A stretch of DNA of 64,000 nucleotides from an uncultured Oscillibacter sp. (lineage in GTDB: Bacteria > Bacillota > Clostridia > Oscillospirales > Oscillospiraceae). The position numbers and the translations under genes were made by a program. Shown piece after piece: positions 9,629-19,466 of this stretch. Positions within the stretch are counted from its first letter, which is position 1, and each line of letters opens with the position of its first letter. Location: contig NZ_CAJUBK010000001.1 in the NCBI RefSeq assembly GCF_910584465.1, positions 116,852 through 180,851 on the forward strand. The letters run 5' to 3'. Below the pieces are notes generated by a model that saw nothing but the letters and a program-made list of their open reading frames with translations, made no database searches and was not told where the DNA came from.

Positions 9629-9976
9629 ATGGCAGAGTGGAAGGACTTCGGGGACGGTATTTACTGCTGCTCTCGTTGCGGTATGCCAAGCGGCTGGGCG
9701 CACCCGGCGATTATGAGGCAAATGCTCGGAGACTACTGTAGCTCCTGCGGGGCAAAAATGGACAACCCGGACACGGGCAACAGAACACCGAGGGAGAATT
9801 TGAGGGCCTACTGGCGGCAGGAGCGCCGTGGCAGGCATCAGTATTTTTGCTCCGTTTGCGGCGGCAAAGAATCAGCCCCGCGAGTGTGGTGCCCGCGCTG
9901 CGGGGCGCACATGGACGACGGAGCTTGGGAAAAGCGCTACGCGATAAGGAAGGAGTGGGAAAATGAACAAAACTGA
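9629..9976 (+). CDS. Double zinc-ribbon protein
   Basis: Two CS.CG...C..CGA.MD units. Confidence 0.6.
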   Translation: MAEWKDFGDGIYCCSRCGMPSGWAHPAIMRQMLGDYCSSCGAKMDNPDTGNRTPRENLRAYWRQERRGRHQYFCSVCGGKESAPRVWCPRCGAHMDDGAWEKRYAIRKEWENEQN

Positions 9977-10745
9977 CATCGAATGGGCCGACATGACATG
10001 GAACCCGGTCGTAGGCTGCAAACACGGCTGCGAATACTGCTACGCCCGGAGGATTGCCAAGCGCTTCGGCGGCTACGACAAAGCAGACGGCACGATCACC
10101 ACGCACAACCCCCTGCCTCGGGCGGAGCTTCACCAGCCGCTCACCATCACCCGGAGCAGCGGGAAGACCGTCAACTCGCCGTTCCCCTTCGGCTTCGAGC
10201 CGACGCTCCTCTACTATCGGCTTGAGGAGCCGCAGCACATCAAGAAACCGCATACCATTTTCGTTTGCAGCATGGCCGACCTGTTCGGGAACTGGGTGCC
10301 GACCAACTGGATAAAGCTGGTGCTGGACGCTTGCGAGGCGGCCCCGCAGCACCGCTATATGTTCCTCACCAAGAACCCGGAGAGGTACGCGCAGCTCGAC
10401 AGGCTGGCGCTGCTGCCTCACAAGGACAATTTCTGTTACGGCAGCACAGTCACGGGGAAGGACGGAAGACGATTCAATGGCTCGGTGCTTCTGAACACGT
10501 TCTTGAGCATTGAGCCGCTGCACGAAAACCTCGACGCGGGCCTCGGCAGCTTCGGCGGCGACCGCCTTATCATCATTGGGGCAGAGACGGGGAACCGGGC
10601 CGGAAAGATCATCCCGGAGAAAGCGTGGGTGGACAACATCTGCGAGGCGGCAGACATCACCCATGCAGCAGTCTTTATGAAGGACAGCCTCAAGCCCATC
10701 GTCGGCAAGGGGAATATGCGGCGGGAGCTGCCGTGGGAGAGATAG
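9963..10745 (+). CDS. DUF5131 / phage Gp37-Gp68 family radical-SAM-like protein
   Basis: TDIEWADMTWNPVVGCKHGCEYCYA, FVCSMADLF, FLTKNP, SIEPL, IGAETG. Confidence 0.85.
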   Translation: MNKTDIEWADMTWNPVVGCKHGCEYCYARRIAKRFGGYDKADGTITTHNPLPRAELHQPLTITRSSGKTVNSPFPFGFEPTLLYYRLEEPQHIKKPHTIFVCSMADLFGNWVPTNWIKLVLDACEAAPQHRYMFLTKNPERYAQLDRLALLPHKDNFCYGSTVTGKDGRRFNGSVLLNTFLSIEPLHENLDAGLGSFGGDRLIIIGAETGNRAGKIIPEKAWVDNICEAADITHAAVFMKDSLKPIVGKGNMRRELPWER

Positions 10746-10755
10746 GAGGAGCGGT

Positions 10756-10974
10756 ATGGACAGCAGGAAAAAGACCGACAGGCTCATTAACGCTATTGGG
10801 ACGGTAGCAGAATCCTCGCTCGTCTTTTACCGGGCGGCGATTGGAGCGGGGGCCACAGAGGGAGAGGCGACCCGCCTCTTGCAGGCCTATATCGCGGCCA
10901 TGTCGTTCGGAAAGGGCCAGCAGGCGCAGGCACAGAACACGACCGCCCAGCAGCAGGGGGGCCAGCAGACATGA
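10756..10974 (+). CDS. Hypothetical phage protein
   Basis: RBS AGGAGG, coupled. Confidence 0.5.
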   Translation: MDSRKKTDRLINAIGTVAESSLVFYRAAIGAGATEGEATRLLQAYIAAMSFGKGQQAQAQNTTAQQQGGQQT

Positions 10975-11321
10975 CCATCGACTTCTGCAAGCCGTGGAGC
11001 GACGAGGAGTGCAGGCTATTCCTCGACGCGATCAGGAAAAGGAAGACGGAATACTGCGAGGAGCGCGGCCTGCCCGTCCCGGCCTTTGACAAGGTGGAGG
11101 ACTTCTACATCGAGCCGGAAATGCTGCCCGGCCATCAGACCACAGAGGAGAGACTGGAAGCAGAGCAGCACCAAAAGCTCAAGGAGCTTCGTGCAAAGCT
11201 CGGAGACGTTCTCTACCATGAACCCGCAGACAGCGGCAGCGAGGCGGAGGACGATATTTGGGCGCGGGCGAACAGCCTCAAGGAAGCGCTCGACGACTTT
11301 TTCGAGGAGGAGCAGCCATGA
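10971..11321 (+). CDS. Hypothetical acidic phage protein
   Basis: ATGA overlap, phage codon usage. Confidence 0.5.
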   Translation: MTIDFCKPWSDEECRLFLDAIRKRKTEYCEERGLPVPAFDKVEDFYIEPEMLPGHQTTEERLEAEQHQKLKELRAKLGDVLYHEPADSGSEAEDDIWARANSLKEALDDFFEEEQP

Positions 11322-12136
11322 AGGAGAAAGTTACCTCCACCGACATCAAACGCGCCCTCGCAGAGAAGCATTGGAGAGACTTTTTCCTCACGGAGGTCAA
11401 GAGCGGGCCGACACAGCTCGCCGTGCCCGGCGGCCTCAAGATTCTCGACGGTCTTGCCATCCGAAAGAGCTGGACGGCCCCTTGCTTCACTGGCTACGAG
11501 GTGAAAATCAGCCGCAGCGACTTCCTGCGGGACGCGAAATTCTACACCTACGAGGAGCTTTGCAACTGCCTTTACATCGTCTGCCCCAAAGGGATGATTG
11601 AGCGGACGGAGCTGCCGGAGAGCGTCGGCCTCATGTACTACGACCCGGAGAAAAAGACCATCACCACCCGAAAAAAGGCCATTTTCCGCAAAATCGAGTA
11701 CAGCCCGGAGCTGTTGCTCTACATCATCTTCTCCCGCCTCGACAGCGACCGCTACCCGTTTTTCTCCACAAAGCAGGAGTATTTCAAGGAATACCTCGCC
11801 GGAAAGCGGGACAATCGGGAGCTTGCGCAGGCAGTCAAGACCAAACTGGTACAGGACAACGCTCGGCTCGAAAGCGAGCTTGGGAATGTCGAGGCGTTTC
11901 GCCAGAACTATGAGATATACAAGGCAGTACAGGACGTTATGCACAAACACGGCATCTGGATATTCCGGGCCAGCGACGCAGCAAAAGAGCTTGACAAAGC
12001 CCTCACCAGAAAGTGCCCGGAGGATATTTCCAGCGTCCGGCAGAGCTTGGAGGGTATCTTATATCGGCTGAAACGGATGGAGGAGGCCGGGGAGAAGACG
12101 GGGGACGGGAAGAAGCCGGAGCAAGGGGAGGGTTAG
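11318..12136 (+). CDS. MmcB-like PD-(D/E)XK nuclease-fold protein
   Basis: EVK...D...YEVKISRSDFLRD..F..Y motif. Confidence 0.7.
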   Translation: MKEKVTSTDIKRALAEKHWRDFFLTEVKSGPTQLAVPGGLKILDGLAIRKSWTAPCFTGYEVKISRSDFLRDAKFYTYEELCNCLYIVCPKGMIERTELPESVGLMYYDPEKKTITTRKKAIFRKIEYSPELLLYIIFSRLDSDRYPFFSTKQEYFKEYLAGKRDNRELAQAVKTKLVQDNARLESELGNVEAFRQNYEIYKAVQDVMHKHGIWIFRASDAAKELDKALTRKCPEDISSVRQSLEGILYRLKRMEEAGEKTGDGKKPEQGEG

Positions 12137-12138
12137 AA

Positions 12139-12336
12139 ATGAGAGGGCCGAAATACCCGAAAATCAAAGAGGAACCGGGAACCTGCGGCGGCTGCGGGCA
12201 CTTCGACAGGATTTATAACAGCGTCGGCCCTTCGGCAACTGGGGTATGCCGGGCCAAGCCGAACAGGTGGGCGCTTTCCCAGTGCGCCAAAGCCTGCAAA
12301 AAGTACAGGTGGAAGGGAGACACCCATGACAATTAA
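12139..12336 (+). CDS. Small Cys-rich phage protein
   Basis: RBS GGAGG, CGGCGHF...GVC...AC. Confidence 0.5.
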   Translation: MRGPKYPKIKEEPGTCGGCGHFDRIYNSVGPSATGVCRAKPNRWALSQCAKACKKYRWKGDTHDN

Positions 12337-12727
12337 GGATTTTAAGGTCGGCCAGACCGCCTATATCCTCGGAGACAGGCGGGGAAAGGACGCGGGCCTC
12401 GCAACAGAGGCGGAGGTCGTAAAAGTTGGCCGAAAATATGTCACAGTTGCTCCGGGGGCGCGGCAAGAGATTCGATTCTTTGAACCGCACACAGAGACAA
12501 CCTTCCTTTATGAGGACAAGGACTATGGCACAAAGCGCCTCCTGTTCCTGACAACAAAGGACGTGGACGAGTATAACGAGCTGAACGACCTGCGGAGCTG
12601 GGTGCAGGAGGCCACAAACTGGATGAAGGTCAAGGACTACACCCTCGCCCAGCTTCGGGCGGTCAAGAAGATTCTGAAGGGAGACAACCATGGAGGCGTG
12701 GCTCAAGAAAGCGATCAAGGCGATTGA
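12326..12727 (+). CDS. Hypothetical phage protein (beta-barrel/KOW-like start)
   Basis: FKVGQTAY...VVKVGRKYVTV. Confidence 0.55.
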   Translation: MTIKDFKVGQTAYILGDRRGKDAGLATEAEVVKVGRKYVTVAPGARQEIRFFEPHTETTFLYEDKDYGTKRLLFLTTKDVDEYNELNDLRSWVQEATNWMKVKDYTLAQLRAVKKILKGDNHGGVAQESDQGD

Positions 12728-12860
12728 GGCCGATGCACAGTGCGCCTACGGTATGTGCAAAGACACGGCGCTGAAAGAGCAGGTGGAGCTTGACTTTGTC
12801 CTTGAGAAGTTTTTGGCAGCGTTCAGAAAAATCGTGGAGAAGGGAGACAACCATGAGTAA
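12690..12860 (+). CDS. Small hypothetical protein (56 aa, not in ORF track)
   Basis: RBS AAGGGAG, ATG at 12690, MEAWLKKAIKAIEADAQ... Confidence 0.45.
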   Translation: MEAWLKKAIKAIEADAQCAYGMCKDTALKEQVELDFVLEKFLAAFRKIVEKGDNHE

Positions 12861-13155
12861 GAAAAAGAATTGCAGGCGCACCCCGGCGGAGCAGGCCCTC
12901 CACCGGGAGGCCGTGCGCCTCCGCAACATGACGGACAGGCAGCTCGTCGAGCAGTTCCACCGGGCGGCGGAGCCGGAAATGGCCGTCAGCGTCCCCAGCG
13001 TGGCGCAGGATGGCGCGGAGGCCACCACCCCTATCGGGAACACCTCGGCGGTGCAGACGCTCCTCACGGCCCTCTCGGAGGGCAAATGCAAGGGCATCAA
13101 GGGGGCGACCGCCTACAAGGTCGCGCAGTTCGCGGCCGAAATGGGACTGGTATGA
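12853..13155 (+). CDS. Hypothetical phage protein
   Basis: RBS AAGGGAG, ATG at 12853. Confidence 0.55.
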   Translation: MSKKKNCRRTPAEQALHREAVRLRNMTDRQLVEQFHRAAEPEMAVSVPSVAQDGAEATTPIGNTSAVQTLLTALSEGKCKGIKGATAYKVAQFAAEMGLV

Positions 13156-13679
13156 TGGACATGGCTGATGTAATGGACGCGCAGCACTACCGGGCCATCG
13201 TAATCGGGCGGCAGAACAAGGCCGCCGGGGAGGAGTGGGAGCGCATACTCGAAGCCTCCTGCCAGCACTACCGCCTCACAGGGGAGGCAGAGATCGAGAA
13301 GACCCCGGAGCCGATCAAGCAGCTCGGCCCCAAAAACCGTCAAGGGAAGTTCACGGCCTGCTACACCAAAAAGGCGCAGCCGGACTACAAGGGGACGCTC
13401 AAGGGCGGGCGGTCAGTCGTATTCGAGGCAAAGCACACGGCCAGCGACCGCCTCCAACAGAGCGCCGTCACACCCGACCAAGAGAAGCGGCTCAACCGCC
13501 ACATGGCACTCGGCGCGGAGTGCTTCGTGATGGTCTCCTTCGGTTTCCGGGAGTTCTTCAAGGTGCCCTGGGCGACCTTCCGGGCCATGAAGGAGCACTA
13601 CGGCAGAAAGTATATCACGCCGGAGGACGTGCAGGAGTACAAGGTCAGGTACATAGGCGGCGTTCTCCATTTTCTTTAA
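13152..13679 (+). CDS. recU: Holliday junction resolvase RecU family
   Basis: G..WE, KTPEP, PDYKG, FEAKHT, Q...L motifs. Confidence 0.85.
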   Translation: MMDMADVMDAQHYRAIVIGRQNKAAGEEWERILEASCQHYRLTGEAEIEKTPEPIKQLGPKNRQGKFTACYTKKAQPDYKGTLKGGRSVVFEAKHTASDRLQQSAVTPDQEKRLNRHMALGAECFVMVSFGFREFFKVPWATFRAMKEHYGRKYITPEDVQEYKVRYIGGVLHFL

Positions 13680-13707
13680 CAGGCAGCAGAGCCGGAAAGG
13701 AGCCAAC

Positions 13708-14358
13708 ATGGACGAAAAGCACGAAATGGACAAGCGCATTGAGGCCGCCGTCAGGTCTGCTATCGAGGCAGGAATCACCGACATCGAGGGGAAGATACGG
13801 GCGGCAATCGAGGTCGGGGTGGAGGTAGGTGCGGCGGCAGCAGCAGAGGCCGCAGCCACGGCAGCGGCAAAAGCGGCAGAGCGCGAGCGCAAGCGGCTCC
13901 AACGGCAGCAGACCGACAAGAGATACCACGACACCAAGCTCCTGATACGGAAGTACCGCCAGCTCAACGAATACTACCAGAACGCCGTATTCGACGAGGA
14001 CGGGGCAGAGGAGACAGACGAGGACTTCGAGGAGATCATGCGCAGTTTCGGGGTGAGCTTCCGGGACAAGAAGATCACCGCAGACAGCATAAAGCGCAAC
14101 TACCTCGTCACCCGCGTCGTCATGGCCCACGTCAACAAAATGCTGGACGTGTTTCAGACCATGTGCGAGGAGAGCAACCGGGCCTCGGACAAAAGGCGGT
14201 GGAGGATTCTATACGGCCTGCACCTCGCGGAGGTACCTGTCACGGCGGAGGAGCTGGCCCGGCAGGAGAATATCGGAAAGAGGGCTGTCTACGACATTGT
14301 GGACAGGTGCATACCAGACTTGAGCATACTTTTTTTCGGCATCAGCGGTCTTGAGTAG
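13708..14358 (+). CDS. Putative late transcription regulator (C-terminal HTH)
   Basis: Last early gene before a promoter; YHDTKLLIRKYR and TAEELARQENIGKRAVY helix-turn-helix. Confidence 0.65.
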   Translation: MDEKHEMDKRIEAAVRSAIEAGITDIEGKIRAAIEVGVEVGAAAAAEAAATAAAKAAERERKRLQRQQTDKRYHDTKLLIRKYRQLNEYYQNAVFDEDGAEETDEDFEEIMRSFGVSFRDKKITADSIKRNYLVTRVVMAHVNKMLDVFQTMCEESNRASDKRRWRILYGLHLAEVPVTAEELARQENIGKRAVYDIVDRCIPDLSILFFGISGLE

Positions 14359-14393
14359 CTTCCAGAAGCGGGGAAAATTCACAAATGGGGCAC

Positions 14394-14422
14394 TTGACAT
14401 TCATTCCATAAGATGCTAAACT
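14394..14422 (+). promoter_or_regulatory. Sigma-A-type late promoter
   Basis: TTGACA-17 bp-TAAACT with extended TG. Confidence 0.7.
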
Positions 14423-14447
14423 GTACCCTGTAATATAGCGACGACAG

Positions 14448-14489
14448 GACACCGCTCATTGCAGGAAGCAGAGAGCGGTGTCTTTTTTT
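14448..14489 (+). terminator. Intrinsic terminator in the late leader
   Basis: GACACCGCTC/GAGCGGTGTC stem followed by T7. Confidence 0.75.
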
Positions 14490-14531
14490 GCGGGGATTTT
14501 TGCCCCGAAAAGGGCCGGAAAGGAGATAAAA

Positions 14532-15122
14532 GTGGAAATTCGGACGCTGAAAGCGGCACAACTCGCGGCGGCGGGCTACAACCCCCGGAGAGACTTGCAG
14601 CCGGAGGACGCAGAGTACCAGAAACTCCGCCGGAGTATTGAGACGTTCGGCTACATTGAGCCGATCATCTGGAACGAGCGCACCGGGCGCGTCGTAGGCG
14701 GCCACCAGCGCCTCAAGGTGCTGCTCGAACAGGGCCGGGAGGACATCGAGGCCGTGGTCGTAGACCTCGCGGAGAAGGACGAAAAGATACTCAACGTCCT
14801 GCTCAACAAGGTCAAGGGCCGCTGGGACATCGGGAAGCTGGCCGACCTTTTGCAGCAGCTCGACGAGACCGGGGACATGGAGGTTACAGGCTTCGAGGAC
14901 TGGGAGCTGCAAAGCCTCCTCATGCAGTACGACCACATAAAAGACCTGATGGAGGAGGATTTTTCCGACTACTCCGACAGCAAGGAAAAGGACACCTTCA
15001 CCATGACCTTCTCCCTCCCGGAGGGAGCGCGGGAGACGGTCGAGAAGTACATCGAGAACACCGAGAACGCCAAGGCGGAGCTTGCCACGGCGATCATCAA
15101 TGTGGTAAAGGGGGTATCGTGA
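14532..15122 (+). CDS. ParB/Srx-like N-terminal domain protein 1
   Basis: YNPR, LRRSIETFG, VVGGHQRL; RBS AAGGAG with GTG start. Confidence 0.85.
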   Translation: MEIRTLKAAQLAAAGYNPRRDLQPEDAEYQKLRRSIETFGYIEPIIWNERTGRVVGGHQRLKVLLEQGREDIEAVVVDLAEKDEKILNVLLNKVKGRWDIGKLADLLQQLDETGDMEVTGFEDWELQSLLMQYDHIKDLMEEDFSDYSDSKEKDTFTMTFSLPEGARETVEKYIENTENAKAELATAIINVVKGVS

Positions 15123-15691
15123 TGGAGATAGCGCGGAAAAAGATACGCGATCTCGACCGGGCCACCTACAACCCCCGGATAGACCTTATCCCAGGCGACA
15201 CCGAGTATGAGAACCTGCGCCGGAGCATCATCACCTACGGCATGATTATCCCCGTCGTCTGGAACCAGCGGACGAACAGGGTGGTAGGCGGCCACCAGCG
15301 GCTCACCGTCCTCGAAAACGAGGGGGAGACCGAGGTGGACGTGTCGGTGGTAGACCTCGACGAGACGCAGGAACGGCAGCTCAACGTGGCCCTCAACAAA
15401 ATCGAGGGCGGATGGGACGAGGAGAAGCTGGCCGCCCTGCTCGCGGAGCTGGGGGACGACGCACCGCTCACGGGCTTCACGCAGGCGGAGATCGACAGCC
15501 TCACCAACGACATCGACAGCCTGATAGACGGCGACACCGTGGACGAGGAGCTGCGGGCGATAGAGGAGTTCTTCAACGTCAGCCTCACCTTCAACAAGGC
15601 CGACCGGGAGGAGCTGAAAGCCTACGTCAAGGACTACGGCAAGGAAGCGCTCATTGAGGCGATCATCCAGAAAGCAAAGGGGGAAATCTGA
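15119..15691 (+). CDS. ParB/Srx-like N-terminal domain protein 2 (paralog)
   Basis: YNPR, LRRSIITYG, VVGGHQRL, LNK..G.WD. Confidence 0.85.
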   Translation: MMEIARKKIRDLDRATYNPRIDLIPGDTEYENLRRSIITYGMIIPVVWNQRTNRVVGGHQRLTVLENEGETEVDVSVVDLDETQERQLNVALNKIEGGWDEEKLAALLAELGDDAPLTGFTQAEIDSLTNDIDSLIDGDTVDEELRAIEEFFNVSLTFNKADREELKAYVKDYGKEALIEAIIQKAKGEI

Positions 15692-15692
15692 T

Positions 15693-16712
15693 ATGGGATG
15701 CAAATGCGGCTCGCAGGTGATTTTGTGCAACCTCCCCATCCGCTTCGACACCTACAAGGGGTGCAGCCACGGGTGCCGCTACTGCTTCGCGCAGAAAAAG
15801 CGGAATATCGGGAAGATCGAGCGGGACGAGACCGTGGAGGCCATGCGCTCCTTCATCGAGGGGAAGCGCAGTCGGGAGACGGCGTGGTGCGACTGGAATA
15901 TCCCCATCCACTGGGGAGGCATGAGCGACCCCTTCCAGCCCATCGAGAAGAATATCCGGGCCAGCTACGAATGCCTCAAGCTGCTGGCGGAGACCAAATA
16001 CCCCTTCGTCGTCAGCACCAAGGGCAGGCTCGTCGCCGACCCGGAATACCTCGACCTGCTGGCACAATGCAACTGCGTCGTGCAGGTCTCCATGGTATGC
16101 AGCAAGTACGACCAGCTTGAACCGGGCACACCGCCCTACGAGGAGCGGCTGCAAATCGCCGGGACGCTCGCCAAGAGGGTACAGCGGGTAATCGTCCGCG
16201 CACAGCCCTATATGCCGGAGGTCTTCAACGACGTGATGAAGAATATCCCCCGGCTGGCGGAAGCGGGAGTGTACGGCGTGGTCGTCGAGGGCATGAAGTT
16301 CTACAAGAACAAGCCCGGCATGGTGAAGGTGGGCGGAGACGTATGCTACCCCCTCCACGTCCTCCGGCCACACTTCGAGGCCATCAAAGCAGAGTGCCAC
16401 CGCCACGGCATGAAGTTCTACTCCGGGGAGAACCGTCTCCGGGCCATGGGCGACAGTATGACGTGCTGCGGTATAGACGGGCTTGAGGGCTTCAAGGGGA
16501 ACGAGTACAACCTCTGTATGCTGGTGAACGGGCAAACCCCGGAGCCTACCGCGCTGATGAAGGAGATCGGGACGGGCGGCCCGTTCCAGAGCCTCAATCA
16601 GGCCGCAGGCTATAACAAGAAGATCAACAGCCAATCATTCTACGGCCTCATGCAGGAGGAGCTTTCCACCCGCCTCGACTACTACAAACGTCTGTTCGGG
16701 TTAGAAGAATGA
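15693..16712 (+). CDS. Radical SAM enzyme (spore-photoproduct-lyase-like)
   Basis: CxxxCxxC in GCSHGCRYC, GGMSDPFQ, STKG, EPG.P...ERL. Confidence 0.85.
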   Translation: MGCKCGSQVILCNLPIRFDTYKGCSHGCRYCFAQKKRNIGKIERDETVEAMRSFIEGKRSRETAWCDWNIPIHWGGMSDPFQPIEKNIRASYECLKLLAETKYPFVVSTKGRLVADPEYLDLLAQCNCVVQVSMVCSKYDQLEPGTPPYEERLQIAGTLAKRVQRVIVRAQPYMPEVFNDVMKNIPRLAEAGVYGVVVEGMKFYKNKPGMVKVGGDVCYPLHVLRPHFEAIKAECHRHGMKFYSGENRLRAMGDSMTCCGIDGLEGFKGNEYNLCMLVNGQTPEPTALMKEIGTGGPFQSLNQAAGYNKKINSQSFYGLMQEELSTRLDYYKRLFGLEE

Positions 16713-17554
16713 CGGCCCACGACCTGACCCCAGTACAGGAAATCGCCGGAATGTACTTCAAGCGGGACGACCTCTACACCCCGTTCGGGGCCGGAGGGGT
16801 GAACGGCGGGAAGCTCCGACAGTGTATGCTACTGGTGGAGGCAGCGCTGGGAAGGGAGCCGGGCACAAAGGGAGTAATCACCTACTGCTCGCTCCACTCC
16901 CCACAGGGGCCGATCACAGCGGCGACGGCGCGGCACTACGGCCTCCCCTGCGTGGTGGCCTACGGCGGGGCCAGCGATATGTCGGTAGCGACCGGGAGTA
17001 TGCCAAGGCTCGCCATGAGCTACGGGGCCGGTGTCCAAGTGATAGCAAAGAGCGGCAGGCACAACGTCCTCAAGCAGAGGGCGGAGGCGCTGGCAGAGGC
17101 GCGGGGCCTTTTCGTCGTCCAATACGGGATAAACCTCGACGACTACGGGGAAGTCCTTTTGAGCGCGGTAGCGGAGCAGGTACAGAACATTCCCGACGAG
17201 CTGGACGACCTGTATATCACCTGCGGCAGCGGAATCACCGCCAGCGGCGTAATCGTCGGCATAGAGCGGTACGGCAAAGCTGTAAAAAATATCCATCTAA
17301 TCTCTACGGCGTATGACCGCCGGGAGAAGGTGAGGGCGACACTCCGGCGGTACGGGGTGGAGCGGCCCTTCCAGTACCACGACCTTTTCCACACCCCCGG
17401 ATTCGTCTATGAGAAGCAGCAGAAAATGAGGGTGGGAGGTGTGAAGCTGCACCCGCAGTACGAGGCCAAGAGCATGAAATACCTCTTGGAGCACGACCTC
17501 AACAGGAGGAACGCGCTATTCTGGATTGTGGGAGCAGAGCCAAGGGAGCGATAA
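16709..17554 (+). CDS. PLP-dependent enzyme (ACC deaminase/D-cysteine desulfhydrase fold)
   Basis: FKRDDL...GGKLRQ catalytic Lys region, CGSGITASG phosphate loop, YEAK. Confidence 0.8.
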   Translation: MTAHDLTPVQEIAGMYFKRDDLYTPFGAGGVNGGKLRQCMLLVEAALGREPGTKGVITYCSLHSPQGPITAATARHYGLPCVVAYGGASDMSVATGSMPRLAMSYGAGVQVIAKSGRHNVLKQRAEALAEARGLFVVQYGINLDDYGEVLLSAVAEQVQNIPDELDDLYITCGSGITASGVIVGIERYGKAVKNIHLISTAYDRREKVRATLRRYGVERPFQYHDLFHTPGFVYEKQQKMRVGGVKLHPQYEAKSMKYLLEHDLNRRNALFWIVGAEPRER

Positions 17555-17566
17555 GGAGAGGAGGAC

Positions 17567-18064
17567 ATGGGAAAGTGGACTGACAAGCCATGGGAGCGTC
17601 AGAAAGGCGAAAGCGCACAGGCATACGAGGCTTTTTCCATCTACCTCGGCATGGGCGCGGAGCGGAGCACACGGGCGGTAGCGCAAAAGTTAGGCAAGAG
17701 TGCGTCGCTCATTCAGCGTTGGAGCCGCGAAAAAGAGTGGCAGGAGCGTGTCAGGGCCTACGACAACGACGTAGAGAAACAGGCCCGGAAAAAGGTCATA
17801 GCTGACCGAAAGGCCATGACCGAGCGCCATATCGGTATCGCCATGCAGCTCCAAAAGAAAGCACTCGAAGCCCTCGGCAGCTTGTCAGTCGAAGACATGA
17901 CCCCCAAAGACATTAAGGAGTATATCAAGATGGCGACCGACCTTGAGCGGCTGAACAGGACGCTTGAGGAGGAGAGCGCAGCAGCCAAGGACGACGGCCC
18001 GGCGCAGCTCGCGGACACCATCATAGCGGCATATCAAAGGCGGAAGGAGAGCGGCAATGCTTGA
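17567..18064 (+). CDS. terS: Terminase small subunit
   Basis: PWERQKGESAQAYEAF, HTH, W.ER..AYD; directly upstream of terL. Confidence 0.75.
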   Translation: MGKWTDKPWERQKGESAQAYEAFSIYLGMGAERSTRAVAQKLGKSASLIQRWSREKEWQERVRAYDNDVEKQARKKVIADRKAMTERHIGIAMQLQKKALEALGSLSVEDMTPKDIKEYIKMATDLERLNRTLEEESAAAKDDGPAQLADTIIAAYQRRKESGNA

Positions 18065-19466
18065 CAGCGAGGCGATACTCTACTACGCAGATCATCCCGT
18101 AGAGTTCGTGGAAGATGTGATACGGGTGACACCAGACCCGCAGCAGGCAGCCATACTCCGCAGCGTAGCCGGGAATAAAATGACGAGCGTTCGCAGCGGC
18201 CACGGCGTAGGCAAGAGCGCCGTCGAAGCGTGGTCGGTAATATGGTTTATGAGTACCCGGCCCTTCCCCAAAATCCCCTGCACAGCCCCGACGCAGCACC
18301 AGCTATTTGACATCCTATGGGCGGAGGTGAGCAAGTGGCTCCGCAACAACCCCGCCCTCTCCCGCGAGCTGATGTGGACAAAGGAAAAGGTCTACATGAA
18401 GGGCTACCCGGAGGAATGGTTTGCCGTGGCGCGGACGGCCAGCAAGCCGGACGCGCTGCAAGGCTTCCATGCGGAGGACTTGCTATTTATCATCGACGAG
18501 GCCAGCGGCGTAGACGATGTGATATTCGAGCCTGTCCTCGGCGCTCTTTCAACGCCGGGGGCGCGGCTTCTTATGTGCGGCAACCCGACGCAGCTTTCCG
18601 GCTTCTTCTACGACAGCCATAACAAGAACCGGGCCAGCTACTCGACCTTCCATATCGACGGGCGCAAGAGCGGGCGCGTCCCGCAGGACTTCGTGCAGAC
18701 GATCATCAATATGTACGGAGAGGACAGCGACGTTTTCCGCGTCCGCGTAGCCGGGGAGTTCCCCCTACAGGAGGACGACATCTTCATCCCCCTGTCTCTG
18801 GTGGAGGCCTCCATTATGACGGAGTACACGCCCAGGGCACGGCCCACGCTGGTACATATCGGCTGCGACGTGGCCCGCTTCGGCGACGACAAGACCGTAA
18901 TCGGCTACAAGGTCGATGAACAGGTCACGCTCCACAAAAAGCGGCAGGGGCAGGACACCATGAAGACCGCAGATGACATTATCCTGCTGGGGGAGGAGCT
19001 GGTAGCCCGCTACAAGCTCCAAGACCCCATCCCCGTCAAGGTGGACGACGGCGGCGTGGGCGGCGGTGTGGTAGACCGCCTCCGGCAGGTGAAGCGCAAC
19101 GACCCGGAGCGCTTCTGGTGGATGGAGGTCTACCCGGTAAAGTTCGGCGAGCGCATACGCCACAGGCACTACCACGACACCACCACCTACATGATGGCCG
19201 TCGTCAAAAAGCTCCTATCCCCCTACGACGAGGAGACCGGGCTGCGAAAGCCCGTGGAGCTGATACTCCCGGACGACGACGACCTCGTGGCCCAGCTCTC
19301 CGGCAGGAAGTACGGCCTCACCGAGGCCAGTAAAATCAAAATCGAAAGCAAGGACGCAGTAAAGAAGCGCGGCCAGCCCTCTCCCGACGAGGCTGACTGC
19401 GTTTTGCTATTGTGTCTGCCAGTAAAACCGCCCAAACGAAAGAAGGAGGCGAAACGCCATGGGTAA
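18057..19466 (+). CDS. terL: Terminase large subunit
   Basis: SGHGVGKS Walker A, IIDEASGV Walker B, GNPT, DVARFGDD nuclease motif, SPDEAD. Confidence 0.93.
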   Translation: MLDSEAILYYADHPVEFVEDVIRVTPDPQQAAILRSVAGNKMTSVRSGHGVGKSAVEAWSVIWFMSTRPFPKIPCTAPTQHQLFDILWAEVSKWLRNNPALSRELMWTKEKVYMKGYPEEWFAVARTASKPDALQGFHAEDLLFIIDEASGVDDVIFEPVLGALSTPGARLLMCGNPTQLSGFFYDSHNKNRASYSTFHIDGRKSGRVPQDFVQTIINMYGEDSDVFRVRVAGEFPLQEDDIFIPLSLVEASIMTEYTPRARPTLVHIGCDVARFGDDKTVIGYKVDEQVTLHKKRQGQDTMKTADDIILLGEELVARYKLQDPIPVKVDDGGVGGGVVDRLRQVKRNDPERFWWMEVYPVKFGERIRHRHYHDTTTYMMAVVKKLLSPYDEETGLRKPVELILPDDDDLVAQLSGRKYGLTEASKIKIESKDAVKKRGQPSPDEADCVLLLCLPVKPPKRKKEAKRHG

